Shown: positions 1 to 9,394 of the stretch, piece after piece
How the letters are laid out: each line of letters begins with the position of its first letter
How positions within the stretch are numbered: position 1 is the first letter of the stretch
Translations under genes and position numbers: made by a program
Assembly (NCBI RefSeq): GCF_014202315.1
Contig: NZ_JACHGN010000001.1
Span: 21,757-85,756 of the forward strand
Direction of reading: 5' to 3'
Origin: Thermocatellispora tengchongensis
GTDB lineage: Bacteria > Actinomycetota > Actinomycetes > Streptosporangiales > Streptosporangiaceae
Length of the DNA stretch: 64,000 nt
The notes under the pieces: generated by a model
Told to the model about the DNA's origin: nothing
What the model saw: only the letters and a program-made list of their open reading frames with translations
Database searches by the model: none

Positions 1-192
1 GCCGCACCCCGGAGTGACCGGCGGATCTGACATTGATCGCGCCGGAACTCGGGCGCTCACCTGCGGGAACACCGCGATCTTCACAAGTGGGCGCTACGCG
101 CCGAGTTTGCGCAGTTTCGGATCGTTCATTTTCGGACATCCCTCGTGGACATTTCGGGGGATATCGGGGGTTTATTGCGTAGTGTGCGTTCT

Positions 193-810
193 ATGCACCC
201 CCCACAGCAACACCAGCCTCAGCAGTACGACCCGCGCCCTCAGCCGTACTACGACCCCCGGGCCCGGCAGCAGTACCAGCAGCGGCAATACCCCCAGCAG
301 CCGCGCTACCAGCCGCAGCAGCACCAGCAGCAGCCGCAGCAGCCCTATGTCGAGGTCACCGCACCCCGGGGCGGTGAGCCGGCCGCGCCGTCCGGCCCGC
401 CTCGGCGGCGGCGGGGCGGTTCCGGCAAGATGATCGCCATCGCCGCGGGGGCCGTGGTCGCCGTCGCGGCGGGCGTGGGCGCGTTCCTGGTCCTTTCGGG
501 CGGCGACGAGCCCCAGGCCGACAGAAAGCCCAGCGTCGTGGACAAGTCCTACGACCCCAACGACATCCCGTCGCCGACCGCGGAGGAGACCAGGCAGCTC
601 CTGGCCGGGCTGACCGAGATCGATCCCGCGCTGAACCATCACCGCTCGATCGGCAAGGCCCGCGACACCTGCTGGAACCTGCTGCTCCAGGAGGACCGGG
701 ACCGGGTTCTGGTCAAGATCCAGCAGCGTTTCGGACAGACCGCCGACATCAACAAGACCGAGGCCGGGCGGATCATGACCCTGATCGAGGGCACGTTCTG
801 CCGGAAGTGA
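193..810 (+). CDS. hypothetical Gln/Pro-rich single-pass membrane protein
   Basis: ATG at 193 lies in frame with ORF 145..810. The N-terminus is Q/P/Y-rich low complexity, followed by one hydrophobic helix (IAIAAGAVVAVAAGVGAFLVL) and a C-terminal globular region. GC3 is high. Confidence 0.6.
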   Translation: MHPPQQHQPQQYDPRPQPYYDPRARQQYQQRQYPQQPRYQPQQHQQQPQQPYVEVTAPRGGEPAAPSGPPRRRRGGSGKMIAIAAGAVVAVAAGVGAFLVLSGGDEPQADRKPSVVDKSYDPNDIPSPTAEETRQLLAGLTEIDPALNHHRSIGKARDTCWNLLLQEDRDRVLVKIQQRFGQTADINKTEAGRIMTLIEGTFCRK

Positions 811-826
811 GCCCCGCCGCGCGGGG

Positions 827-1894
827 TCATCGGCACGGGGGTGTCGCACGCCGGGGACGAGGACCGGACGACCGGGGGGCGGCGAGGGCCGTCCTCGCCT
901 CGGCGACGCGACCGAGCACGGCCCGGACCACCAGGTCCGGGTCGTCGTGGTGGATGTGGTGTCCGGCGTGCTCGGCGACGACGTGGGTGCTGTCGGCCGA
1001 GAGCGCGGCCAGGTCGCGCTGGAGGGGCAGCCACACCCGGTACATCTCGCGGCGGGCGGCGATCCGCCGGGGCGAGGTGACCCCGGGGGCGTCGCGGCTG
1101 GAGCTGAGCACGGTGAGCGGGATGCGGCCCAGCGAGGGCGCGTGCCTGCCCACCTGTGCGGCGCTGCGCGTGAACGCGGCCAGCTCACGCAGTCCGGCAC
1201 GCCGCTGCCGGTCGCCCAGGGCCAGCGCCGTGGCCGCGCCGGCCCACTCCGCCGGCACGTGCCGCCCGTACGGCGGGCGCCGCACGCCCAGCGCGAAGGC
1301 CAGGCGGCGCAGCCCGTAGGGGCGTAATCGGTCGCGGGCCCACCATTTCAGGATGGTCACCGGGTAATGCGGGAGCCGGCGGTGCTGCTCCTCGTGGCTG
1401 GAGTCCACCAGCACGACCGCCGCCACGTCCTCCGGATACAGCGCGGCGTAGAGGCGTACCAGGAATCCGGCCACGGAGTGGCCGACGAGCACACAGGGCG
1501 CCGCGATCCCGGCGCGGTCCAGGGCCTTGCGCAGGTCGAGCGCGGCGGCCAGCATCGTGCCCGCGGCCCGTCCGCCGGGCGCGGGATCGCTCCAGCCCAG
1601 CCCGGCCCGGTCGTAGACCACCACCGAGGTCTCCGCGGCGAGCCGCGGCAGCACTCCGGCCCAGGTCACCGAGGGCTCACCCAGCGCGGGGACGATGACG
1701 ACGGCGGGAGAGCCGGCGCCCGCGCACCACAGGTGCACCCGCCGCCCGCCGCCCACCTCGACCAGCCTGCCCGGCGCCGGGAAACGCCGCCGATCCCGGA
1801 AGGAGGCCCAGGTCTGGTAGGCGGCGCTGCCCAGGACCAGCAGTGCCGCCGCCCCCGCGATCCGACCGGCCGGCGAGACGGGAAATCCGGGCAT
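827..1894 (-). CDS. alpha/beta hydrolase fold protein
   Basis: 355-aa ORF with the GHSVAG nucleophile-elbow motif and an HGxP-like oxyanion region. GC3 is high. Confidence 0.85.
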   Translation of the reverse strand: MPGFPVSPAGRIAGAAALLVLGSAAYQTWASFRDRRRFPAPGRLVEVGGGRRVHLWCAGAGSPAVVIVPALGEPSVTWAGVLPRLAAETSVVVYDRAGLGWSDPAPGGRAAGTMLAAALDLRKALDRAGIAAPCVLVGHSVAGFLVRLYAALYPEDVAAVVLVDSSHEEQHRRLPHYPVTILKWWARDRLRPYGLRRLAFALGVRRPPYGRHVPAEWAGAATALALGDRQRRAGLRELAAFTRSAAQVGRHAPSLGRIPLTVLSSSRDAPGVTSPRRIAARREMYRVWLPLQRDLAALSADSTHVVAEHAGHHIHHDDPDLVVRAVLGRVAEARTALAAPRSSGPRPRRATPPCR

Positions 1895-1983
1895 GCTCTA
1901 CTCCGGTGAGATGTCGCGGCTTTCCGTCATCTTCAACCGGCCGCGCCCGTTTGTCGATGGCCGGATCGGCCGGCCGAGCACGC

Positions 1984-2304
1984 CTAGAACGCGCGGTTGA
2001 CCGGTGCGGAGACCAGGTTCACCAGGTCGCGGACCTGGCGCGGCATGGTGCTGTCATGGAAGACGTAGGTGCGGTCGATGCCGTCGCGGGCGACGGTCAG
2101 GTGGTAGACCACCTCGTCGGCCGCGGGGGGCGGGAAGGGCCACAGGTTGTGCCCGAGGCCGAGGCCGGGCAGGGTGTCGATGAGCCGGCGCAGGTCGTGG
2201 GCCTGGTGGGCGGGCATGCGGGCGGTGTCGGCGCGCCAGCGGGCCTCGCGGCCGGCGATGCCGCCGGTGCGCCGCAGCTCCACGCGGATCGGGCTGGTGT
2301 CCAT
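1984..2304 (-). CDS. small hypothetical protein, possibly emfourin-like protease inhibitor family
   Basis: 106 aa with very high GC3. The RTGGIAG...RWRADT pattern resembles the ~100-aa actinobacterial emfourin-type inhibitor family. This assignment is tentative. Confidence 0.55.
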   Translation of the reverse strand: MDTSPIRVELRRTGGIAGREARWRADTARMPAHQAHDLRRLIDTLPGLGLGHNLWPFPPPAADEVVYHLTVARDGIDRTYVFHDSTMPRQVRDLVNLVSAPVNRAF

Positions 2305-2359
2305 GGCGACTCCTCCTCCCCGACGCTACCTCCCGGGCGCGACGGGCGCGCGGGACCGC

Positions 2360-3508
2360 TCAGGCCGGCAGGAGGCGGCCCAGCGCGGCCGGGACGGAGA
2401 GGAGGCGCACGCCGCGGTCGCGCCACCGGATCGCGGCCGGGGTGGCGGGGATCAGGGTGCGCGCGCCGGTGCCGGCCTTGCGCTGGTTGCGGGTGACGAG
2501 CGGCCGGTGGGCGCGCTCGTAGCGGGCGAAGGCCACACGGTGGTCGCCCCCGGCGGCGGCCAGCTCGCGCGCCAGCACGTACGCCCCCGCCATCGCCAGC
2601 GTCGTGCCCTGCCCCGACAGCAGGGCCGGGCAGTGCGCGGCGTCACCGACGAGCACGGCCCTGCCGGCGGACCAGCCCGGCATCCTGATCTGGCTCACCG
2701 TGTCGAAGTAGAAGTCGGGCGCCGAGGTCACCCGGTCGAGCAGCTCGGCGATCCGCCAGCCGCCGCCCGCGAACGCCCGCCGCAGCGCCTCCTTCTGGCC
2801 GTCGGTGTCGCGGTGGTCCAGGCGCAGGGCGGGGGCGGTGAAGACGAACATCGCGGTGGCGCGGCCGAGGTAGGTGTAGACGGCGGTCATGCGGCCCGGC
2901 GAGTTGTGCATCACGACGTGGTCGCCGGGGACGCTCCGGTCGGCGGGCACGTCGGCCGCGGCCACGTAGTAGCCGAGGTGGTGCGCGTAGCGCTCCTCGG
3001 GGCCGAAGGCCAGTCCGCGCACGGCCGAGTGCAGCCCGTCGGCCCCCGCCACCAGGCCGAAGCGGCGCTCGGCGCCCGAGTCGAACGTGACCGCGACGCC
3101 GTCGCCGTCGTCGGTCATGGCGCTGATGGAGTCGCCGAAGACGTACTCCACGTCGTCCCTGATGCGCCGGTACAGGATCGAGACCAGGTCGCCGCGGGGC
3201 AGCTCGATGTCGCGGCCGGCGACGAGGCGGCGCAGCGCGCCCACGTCCACCCCCGCCGTACGCCGCCCGCGCCCGTCCACGAACTCCATGCGGCTCATCC
3301 GCACGGCGGCGGCCTTCAGCTCGGGCAGCACGCCCATGCGCTCGGCGATCCTGACGGCCGGGCCGCGCACGTCGATGGGGTAGCCGCCCTCGCGGGGCCG
3401 GTCGGCCCGTTCGACGACGACCGGCCGGAAGCCGTGGCGCACCAGCCAGTGGGCGAGCATCGGCCCCGCGATGCTCGCACCGGAGATGAGCACGTCCTTG
3501 TTCTTCAT
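2360..3508 (-). CDS. FAD-dependent monooxygenase
   Basis: Start at MKNKDVLISGASIAGPMLA (GxGxxG Rossmann motif) with a GGAGG RBS upstream. DG...GADG and GDAAH motifs are typical of aromatic-ring hydroxylase / TetX-like flavin monooxygenases. Confidence 0.85.
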   Translation of the reverse strand: MKNKDVLISGASIAGPMLAHWLVRHGFRPVVVERADRPREGGYPIDVRGPAVRIAERMGVLPELKAAAVRMSRMEFVDGRGRRTAGVDVGALRRLVAGRDIELPRGDLVSILYRRIRDDVEYVFGDSISAMTDDGDGVAVTFDSGAERRFGLVAGADGLHSAVRGLAFGPEERYAHHLGYYVAAADVPADRSVPGDHVVMHNSPGRMTAVYTYLGRATAMFVFTAPALRLDHRDTDGQKEALRRAFAGGGWRIAELLDRVTSAPDFYFDTVSQIRMPGWSAGRAVLVGDAAHCPALLSGQGTTLAMAGAYVLARELAAAGGDHRVAFARYERAHRPLVTRNQRKAGTGARTLIPATPAAIRWRDRGVRLLSVPAALGRLLPA

Positions 3509-3591
3509 GGTGCCCTCCATTCCCTGACCGTCGGTCAGTACCATCACCATAGGTCGATGACCGATGGTCAGGCAAGCGGTACCCTGGGGCC

Positions 3592-4329
3592 GTGGACGGG
3601 AGCACCAGGGAGCGCATCCTGCGGGCGGCGCAGGAGCTGTTCGCCCAGCACGGCTACCAGCAGACCTCGGTGCGCGCGATAGCCGAGCGGCTGGGCCTGA
3701 CCAAGACCGCGGTGCTGTACCACTTCGGCACCAAGGCCGAGATCCTGTCCGCGCTGGCCACGCCGATCCTCGACGACCTCGCCGCGGCCGTGACCCCCGA
3801 CCCCGACCCCGGCTCTGGCTCTGGCGACCCCGAGGTCGTGCGCTGGCGCACGATGGAGCGCGTCCTCGACACCTGGATCAGGCACCGCCACGCGCTGCGG
3901 ATCATGCTGCGCGACATCACGCTGTTCACCAAGGCCCCGGCGTACACCCGGTTCGTCATGCTGATGAGCCGGGCGAACGAGCTGGTGGCGGGCCCCGCCC
4001 CGAGCTTCGCCGACCGGGTGCGGGCGGCGCAGGCCGTGGCCATGCTCAGCGACCCGGTGATCGTCCTGGCCGACGCTCCGGAGGAGGACCTGCGGCGCGA
4101 GGTGCTGGCCGGCGCCCGCCGCCTGTTCGCGGCGGAGCCGCCCACCGCCACCGGCACACAGGGGGGCGCGGCGCGGCGGCGCGGCGGACGGCCCCCGGCC
4201 ATGACCGCGGAGCTGGTCGAGCGGGCCCGCCGGCTGCAGTCGGAGGGACGGCTCAGCATGGCCGAGATCGCCGCCGAGCTGGGCGTCTCCCGGGCCACGC
4301 TCTACCGGCACCTGCCGTCTCAAAACTAA
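3592..4329 (+). CDS. TetR/AcrR family transcriptional regulator with an extra C-terminal HTH
   Basis: N-terminal TetR HTH (RERILRAAQELFAQHGYQQTSVRAIAERLGLTKTAVLYHF). It lies divergent to the FAD monooxygenase. The C-terminal 40 aa carry a second HTH-like motif (LSMAEIAAELGVSRATLYRHL). Confidence 0.85.
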   Translation: MDGSTRERILRAAQELFAQHGYQQTSVRAIAERLGLTKTAVLYHFGTKAEILSALATPILDDLAAAVTPDPDPGSGSGDPEVVRWRTMERVLDTWIRHRHALRIMLRDITLFTKAPAYTRFVMLMSRANELVAGPAPSFADRVRAAQAVAMLSDPVIVLADAPEEDLRREVLAGARRLFAAEPPTATGTQGGAARRRGGRPPAMTAELVERARRLQSEGRLSMAEIAAELGVSRATLYRHLPSQN

Positions 4330-4422
4330 GCGCTATTTGAGACATGTTTTGCGACATGTTCTGAGGCATATTCCCTATCCTTCCCCATCCTTCCCTTATA
4401 GTCTGCAGGCAGGGAAGGATAG

Positions 4423-4851
4423 GTGCGTATGACGATGTACTCGGTGGAGCAGGTGGCAGAACACCTGGGGCTCCACGTGCGTACCGTGCGCGGCTACGTG
4501 CGCGACGGGAAGCTCAAGGCGGTCCGGATCGGCAAGCAGTACCGGATCTCCCGGGAGGACCTCGAAGCCTTCACGGGGCGCCCGGTGCCGGAGCGCGAGC
4601 CGGTCCGGCGGCACCGCCACGCCGAGGTGACCAGCATCGTGTCGATCGACGCGGTCGACCGCGAGGCTATGGACCGTGTCAACACCTACCTGACGGCCCT
4701 GGCCCGCAGCCGGGGTGACGACCAGCCGCTGCGGGTGGAGACCGCGTACGACGAGGAGAGAGCGACCATGAAGATCATCATCCTGGGCGGCCTGGAAACC
4801 AGCGCGACGCTGCTCGGCCAGATCGGCACGCTGATCGAGGCCGGGCCATGA
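4423..4851 (+). CDS. helix-turn-helix (excisionase/MerR-like) DNA-binding protein
   Basis: N-terminal YSVEQVAEHLGLHVRTVRGYVRDGKLKAVRIGKQYRISREDLEAF matches the excisionase-family HTH. The stop overlaps the start of the next gene (ATGA). Confidence 0.75.
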   Translation: MRMTMYSVEQVAEHLGLHVRTVRGYVRDGKLKAVRIGKQYRISREDLEAFTGRPVPEREPVRRHRHAEVTSIVSIDAVDREAMDRVNTYLTALARSRGDDQPLRVETAYDEERATMKIIILGGLETSATLLGQIGTLIEAGP

Positions 4852-5744
4852 CCGCCATCTACTTCTCCCCCGAGGGGGAGCGCGTGGTCCGCGAGCGCTA
4901 CCGCGAGGTGCTGACGCGCTGGCCGGTGCCCTCGCAGCAGCTGACCGTGCCGACGCGCGAGGGAGAGACCTTCGTCGTGGCCTGCGGCCCCGGCGACGCG
5001 CCGCCGCTGGTGCTCCTGCACGGGGCGGGCACGAACTCGGCGATGTGGATGGGCGACGTCGCCGACTGGTCCGGGCACTTCCGGGTGTACGCCGTGGACG
5101 TGATCGGCGAGCCGGGCCTGAGCGCGCCGTCCCGGCCCCCGCTCGGCTCGGAGGCGTACGCGCTCTGGCTCGACGACGTGCTCGCCGGCCTCGGGATCGG
5201 CGCGGACGACCGCGTGTCGCTGGCCGGCGCGTCACTGGGCGGCTGGATGGCCGTGGACTACGCCACCCGCAGGCCCGGACGGGTGGAGCGGCTGGCCCTG
5301 CTGTGCCCCGGCGGCATCGGCGCGCAGAAACGGGGCTTCCTGTTCAAGGCGCTGGCGCTGATGATGCTCGGCCGCTGGGGCAGGCGCAGAGCGCTGGAGC
5401 TGGCCATGGGCGCGACGCCCGGCGCCGAGGGGCCGGACGACGAGGCGTTCATGGCCTTCGCGATACTGACCTTCACCCACTTCCGGCCCCGCCGCAAGCC
5501 GCTGCCGGTCTTCGGCGACGACGCGCTGCGCGGGCTGACCATGCCCACCCTGGTGATCGTCGGCGGGCGCGACGTCATGCTCGACTCCGCCGATACCAGA
5601 CGGCGGGTCGAGGCGACGATGCCGCACGCCCGGGTCGTCTTCCTGCCCGAGACCGGTCACGGGCTGCGCGCGCAGACCGCGCGGATACTCAGCTTCCTGC
5701 TCGATCCGGCTCCGGCCGGGCCTCCCGGTACGCCTGCGGGCTGA
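4848..5744 (+). CDS. alpha/beta hydrolase
   Basis: HGAGTNSAMW oxyanion region and the GASLGG nucleophile motif. It is translationally coupled to the upstream HTH gene. Confidence 0.85.
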   Translation: MTAIYFSPEGERVVRERYREVLTRWPVPSQQLTVPTREGETFVVACGPGDAPPLVLLHGAGTNSAMWMGDVADWSGHFRVYAVDVIGEPGLSAPSRPPLGSEAYALWLDDVLAGLGIGADDRVSLAGASLGGWMAVDYATRRPGRVERLALLCPGGIGAQKRGFLFKALALMMLGRWGRRRALELAMGATPGAEGPDDEAFMAFAILTFTHFRPRRKPLPVFGDDALRGLTMPTLVIVGGRDVMLDSADTRRRVEATMPHARVVFLPETGHGLRAQTARILSFLLDPAPAGPPGTPAG

Positions 5745-6678
5745 GGCCGCGCACCCGCTTGAACGCGGTGCTGAGCGCGAAGGCGCTGCCGTAGCCGACC
5801 CGCGAGGCCACCGCCCCGACCGTGGCCCCCGGCTCGCGCAGCAGGTCGGCCGCCAGGGCGAGCCGCCAGCTCGTCAGGTACGCCATCGGCGGCTCGCCCA
5901 CCAGGGCGGTGAACGAGCGCGCCAGCGTGGCGCGCGACACGCCGGCCTCGGCGGCGAGGCCGGCGACCGTCCACGGCCGGGCGGGCTGGTCGTGGATGAG
6001 CCGCAGCACCCGGCCGACCACCGGGTCGCCCAGCGCGCGGTACCACCCCGGCGCCTCCGCCTCGGGCCGGGAGAACCAGGCGCGCAGCACCGCGATCAGC
6101 AGCAGGTCGAGCAGCCGGTCCAGCACCACCTCCTGGCCCGGCTCGTCGCGCACGATCTCGTGCGCCAGCAGCGGCACGACGGGGGTGTCGCAGGCGTCGC
6201 CCGGGAGCACCAGCAGCCGGGGCAGCGCGCGCAGCAGGCGGTCGCCGACCTCGGAGTCCATCTGGTAGGTGCCGATCAGCATCAGCGCCGCCCCGCCCTC
6301 GCCCTCGCGCCCGTGGCCCCAGGTGCGCACGCCCTGGCTCAGCGCCTCGGCCAGGTCGCGGCCGTCGGGTGTGGCGCAGCGCTCGCCGGGGTGGATCACG
6401 ACCTGCGGCGGCGTGGCCGGATCGTCGGCGAAGGTGTACGGATCGGGGCCGCGGGTGACCGCGATGTCGCCGGGCGCCAGGCGCACCGGCTCGTCGCCGT
6501 CGAAGAACGCCCACGCGTGCCCGCGCACCATCGCCACCAGCGACAGCGGGGCCTCGTCCTGCACCCTGACCGACCACGGGGGCTGCAGGATCGCGCGGAG
6601 CAGGAACGCGCCCCTGGCCCGCGGCCCGTCGAGCAGCCCTCTCAGCGCGTCCACGCCCCTTACCTTAACCCCGGACAC
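5689..6678 (-). CDS. AraC family transcriptional regulator (cupin + AraC HTH)
   Basis: C-terminal AraC-type HTH pair (VASRVGYGSAFALSTAFKRVRGLSPQAYR) with an N-terminal cupin-like sensor region. Its 3' end overlaps the convergent gene by 56 bp. Confidence 0.85.
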   Translation of the reverse strand: MSGVKVRGVDALRGLLDGPRARGAFLLRAILQPPWSVRVQDEAPLSLVAMVRGHAWAFFDGDEPVRLAPGDIAVTRGPDPYTFADDPATPPQVVIHPGERCATPDGRDLAEALSQGVRTWGHGREGEGGAALMLIGTYQMDSEVGDRLLRALPRLLVLPGDACDTPVVPLLAHEIVRDEPGQEVVLDRLLDLLLIAVLRAWFSRPEAEAPGWYRALGDPVVGRVLRLIHDQPARPWTVAGLAAEAGVSRATLARSFTALVGEPPMAYLTSWRLALAADLLREPGATVGAVASRVGYGSAFALSTAFKRVRGLSPQAYREARPEPDRAGS

Positions 6679-6751
6679 GCTGGACGCTCGCTTATGGATC
6701 TGAGCATCTCGGCCATGGCCCGTCTCAGGGGCGGGCCGTTTTCATGGACCC

Positions 6752-7588
6752 ATGGACACGAACGCGAACACGACGGTGGTCATCGGCGGCACGGGCAAGA
6801 CCGGGCGCCGGGTGGTGGAGCGGCTGCGGGAACGCGGGCTGCCCGTGCGCGCGGCGTCGCGGTCCTCGCAGCCGCCCTTCGACTGGCAGGAGCCGGCGAC
6901 CTGGGCGGGCGCGCTGCGCGGCGCGAGCGCGGCCTACATCACGTACTACCCCGACCTGAGCTTCCCCGGCGCGGCGGAGTCGATCCGCGCGCTGGCGGAG
7001 CTCGCGGTGCGGAACGGCGTACGGCGGCTGGTGCTGCTGTCCGGCCGCGGCGAGGAGGAGGCGGAGGTGAGCGAGCGCGGCGTGCGCGAGTCGGGAGCGG
7101 AGTGGACGATCCTGCGCGCCGCGTGGTTCATGCAGAACTTCGACGAGTACTACCTGCTCGGCCCGGTGCTGAGCGGCACGATCGCGCTCCCGGCCGGCGA
7201 CATCGGGGAGCCGTTCCTGGACGTGGAGGACATCGCGGACGTCGCGGTCGCGGCGCTCACCGAGGACGGGCACGGGGGCCGCGTCTACGAGCTGACCGGG
7301 CCCCGGCTGCTGACCTTCGCCGAGGCCGCGGCCGAGATCTCCGCGGCCTCGGGCCGGCAGGTGCGGTACGTGCGGATCGCCCCGGAGGAGTACACGGCGT
7401 GGCTGGTGGAGCAGGGGACTCCGGCCGAGGAGGCGCCGCTGCTCACCGGGCTGTTCACCCGGGTGCTCGACGGGCGCAACGCGCACGTGACCGACGGCGT
7501 GCACCAGGCGCTCGGCCGCCCGGCCCGCGACTTCGCCGACTACGCCAAGGCCGCCGCCGCGACCGGCGTCTGGTCGGCGCCCCACTGA
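6752..7588 (+). CDS. NmrA-like NAD(P)-binding oxidoreductase
   Basis: N-terminal VIGGTGKTGRRVV Rossmann motif and overall NmrA/HSCARG architecture. It lies divergent to the AraC regulator. Confidence 0.85.
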   Translation: MDTNANTTVVIGGTGKTGRRVVERLRERGLPVRAASRSSQPPFDWQEPATWAGALRGASAAYITYYPDLSFPGAAESIRALAELAVRNGVRRLVLLSGRGEEEAEVSERGVRESGAEWTILRAAWFMQNFDEYYLLGPVLSGTIALPAGDIGEPFLDVEDIADVAVAALTEDGHGGRVYELTGPRLLTFAEAAAEISAASGRQVRYVRIAPEEYTAWLVEQGTPAEEAPLLTGLFTRVLDGRNAHVTDGVHQALGRPARDFADYAKAAAATGVWSAPH

Positions 7589-7601
7589 GCCGGGGCAGGG
7601 C

Positions 7602-8207
7602 TCACAGCCAGCCGTTGTGCCTGGCCACGTGCACCGCCTCGGTGCGGTTGCGGGTGCCGGTCTTGCCGATGCAGGACGACAGGTGGTTGCGCACGGTGCT
7701 CTCGGACAGGTGCACCCGGCGGGAGATGTCGGCCACGGTCGCGCCGTCGGCGGCGGCGAGGAGCACGTCGCGCTCGCGTGGGGTGAGCGGGCTCGGCCCC
7801 GCGCTCAGCGCCGCCGCGGCCAGCGCCGGATCGACCACGGTCTCCCCCGCGAGCACCCGGCGGATCGCCCGCGCCAGCTCCTCGACCGGGCCGTCCTTGA
7901 CCAGGAAGCCCCTGGCCCCGGCCTCCAGCGCCCTGCGCAGATAACCGGGCCTGCCGAACGTCGTCACGATCAGCACCGCGCATCGCGGCAGCGCGGTGCG
8001 CAGGGCCGCCGCGGCGTCGATGCCGCTCATGCCGGGCAGCTCGATGTCCAGCAGCGCGACGTCGGGCCGCTCGCGCAGCGCCGCGGGCACGATGGCGTCG
8101 CCGTCGCCGACCTGGGCGACGACCTCCATGTCGTCCTCCAGGTCGAGCAGCACGGCCAGCGCACCGCGCATCATGCCCTGGTCCTCGGCGATGAGCACCC
8201 GGGTCAT
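7602..8207 (-). CDS. two-component response regulator, NarL/LuxR family
   Basis: Receiver domain (LIAEDQ...D...LLDIELPGMSG) plus a LuxR HTH (LTPRERDVL...TVRNHL). The start ATG overlaps the kinase stop (ATGA). Confidence 0.9.
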   Translation of the reverse strand: MTRVLIAEDQGMMRGALAVLLDLEDDMEVVAQVGDGDAIVPAALRERPDVALLDIELPGMSGIDAAAALRTALPRCAVLIVTTFGRPGYLRRALEAGARGFLVKDGPVEELARAIRRVLAGETVVDPALAAAALSAGPSPLTPRERDVLLAAADGATVADISRRVHLSESTVRNHLSSCIGKTGTRNRTEAVHVARHNGWL

Positions 8208-9394
8208 GCGGAGTACTCCGGCGCAGGGTGCGGGATCTCCGCGATGAGACGGAAGCCGCCGCCGAGCGGCGCGGCGTCGAGGCGTCCGCCCGAGGCGGCC
8301 AGCCGCTCCCGAAGCCCGCGCAGCCCGCTCCCGGCCCCGACGTCGCGGGACGTGCCGGCACCGGCAAGGGGCGCGCCGGGCGTGGCGCCGCGGCCGTCGT
8401 CGCTGATCTCCACCCGGATCGGGTCGGTCTCGCGGTGCAGCGCGATGTGGCAGCGGCTCGCCCTCGCGTGCCGTACGACGTTCGTGACGCCCTCGCGCAC
8501 CACCCAGCCGAGCAGTGCGTCGGCCTCGGGCGACAGCGCGGGCCCCGACTCGCTGACCACGCACTCGACCCCGGCCGCGGCGAGCACCGACCTGGCCCGC
8601 TCCAGCTCCAGCGCGAGCCCGGCGTCGCGGTAGCCGGTCACCGCCTCGCGCACCTCGCGCAGCGCCTCGCGGCCGATCGACTCGATGTCGGCGGCATGGG
8701 CGGCGGTGGCCCCGGGATCGCGCGGGGCCAGCCTGCGCGCGGCCTCGGCCTTCACCACGATCACGGACAGCGTGTGCCCGAGCAGGTCGTGCAGGTCACG
8801 GGAGAAGCGCAGCCGCTCCTGCGCCACCGCGGCGCGGGCCAGCTCCTCGCGGGTGCGGTCCAGCTCGGCGACGATCGCGCCGAGCCGCCGGAACCCGTAC
8901 ACCGTCAGCCCGGCCAGCAGCGGGGTCAGCCCGGCGCCGAACAGCGCTTCGGCCGGCTGGCTGCCCCGGGCCAGCATCAGCACCGTGGCGGCCAGCGCGA
9001 CGGCGGCCACCGCCCAGGGGGCCGCGCGCGGTCCGAGCACGGTCCCCACGGCGAGGGAGAGCATGGTGTAGAGCATGACCCAGCCCTCGCCCGGGAAGGC
9101 GGCGGTCGCGGCGAGCGTGATCAGCGCCAGCACGCCCGCCGCGTACTCGGGTCGTGCCAACCGGACCAGGCGCGGCAACCGGAACGGCAGCGGCTCGCTC
9201 CCGCCGAGCACGGCCGCGGCGTACGCGGCGAGCGCGGCGGCCAGCACCGGCCATCCGGGCCACGGCGTCTCCGCGGCGCTGACGGCCGGGGCCAGGGCGA
9301 GCAGCGGCGCCGACGCGATCGGCGCCCAGGTGACCATCCGCCCGTCCGCCCACGACGCGCAACCGCCCGCCCGTTCCACTGCCATGGCACTCAT
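8204..9394 (-). CDS. sensor histidine kinase (DesK/NarX-like, HisKA_3)
   Basis: N-terminal TM helices, then an H-box (RLRFSRDLHDLLGHTLSV) and an HATPase_c domain (GxGLxGLRER). It is co-oriented and coupled with the response regulator. Confidence 0.9.
   Translation of the reverse strand: MSAMAVERAGGCASWADGRMVTWAPIASAPLLALAPAVSAAETPWPGWPVLAAALAAYAAAVLGGSEPLPFRLPRLVRLARPEYAAGVLALITLAATAAFPGEGWVMLYTMLSLAVGTVLGPRAAPWAVAAVALAATVLMLARGSQPAEALFGAGLTPLLAGLTVYGFRRLGAIVAELDRTREELARAAVAQERLRFSRDLHDLLGHTLSVIVVKAEAARRLAPRDPGATAAHAADIESIGREALREVREAVTGYRDAGLALELERARSVLAAAGVECVVSESGPALSPEADALLGWVVREGVTNVVRHARASRCHIALHRETDPIRVEISDDGRGATPGAPLAGAGTSRDVGAGSGLRGLRERLAASGGRLDAAPLGGGFRLIAEIPHPAPEYSA

Noticed and set aside
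172-1200. 342-aa minus-strand ORF overlapping two plus/minus genes
   Set aside because: It is antisense to better-supported genes. It is an Arg/Pro/Gly-rich low-complexity translation, typical of shadow ORFs in high-GC DNA.
2147-3682. 511-aa plus-strand ORF and 324-aa minus-strand ORF (2643..3617) across the FAD monooxygenase gene
   Set aside because: The alternative frame with motif-rich translation (Rossmann GxGxxG, GDAAH) is clearly the real gene. These are R/G/A-rich shadows.
4423-4851. Excisionase-like HTH as evidence of an integrated mobile element
   Set aside because: No integrase, transposase, att-like flanking repeats or GC break was found in the window. It was kept as a regulator with a note.
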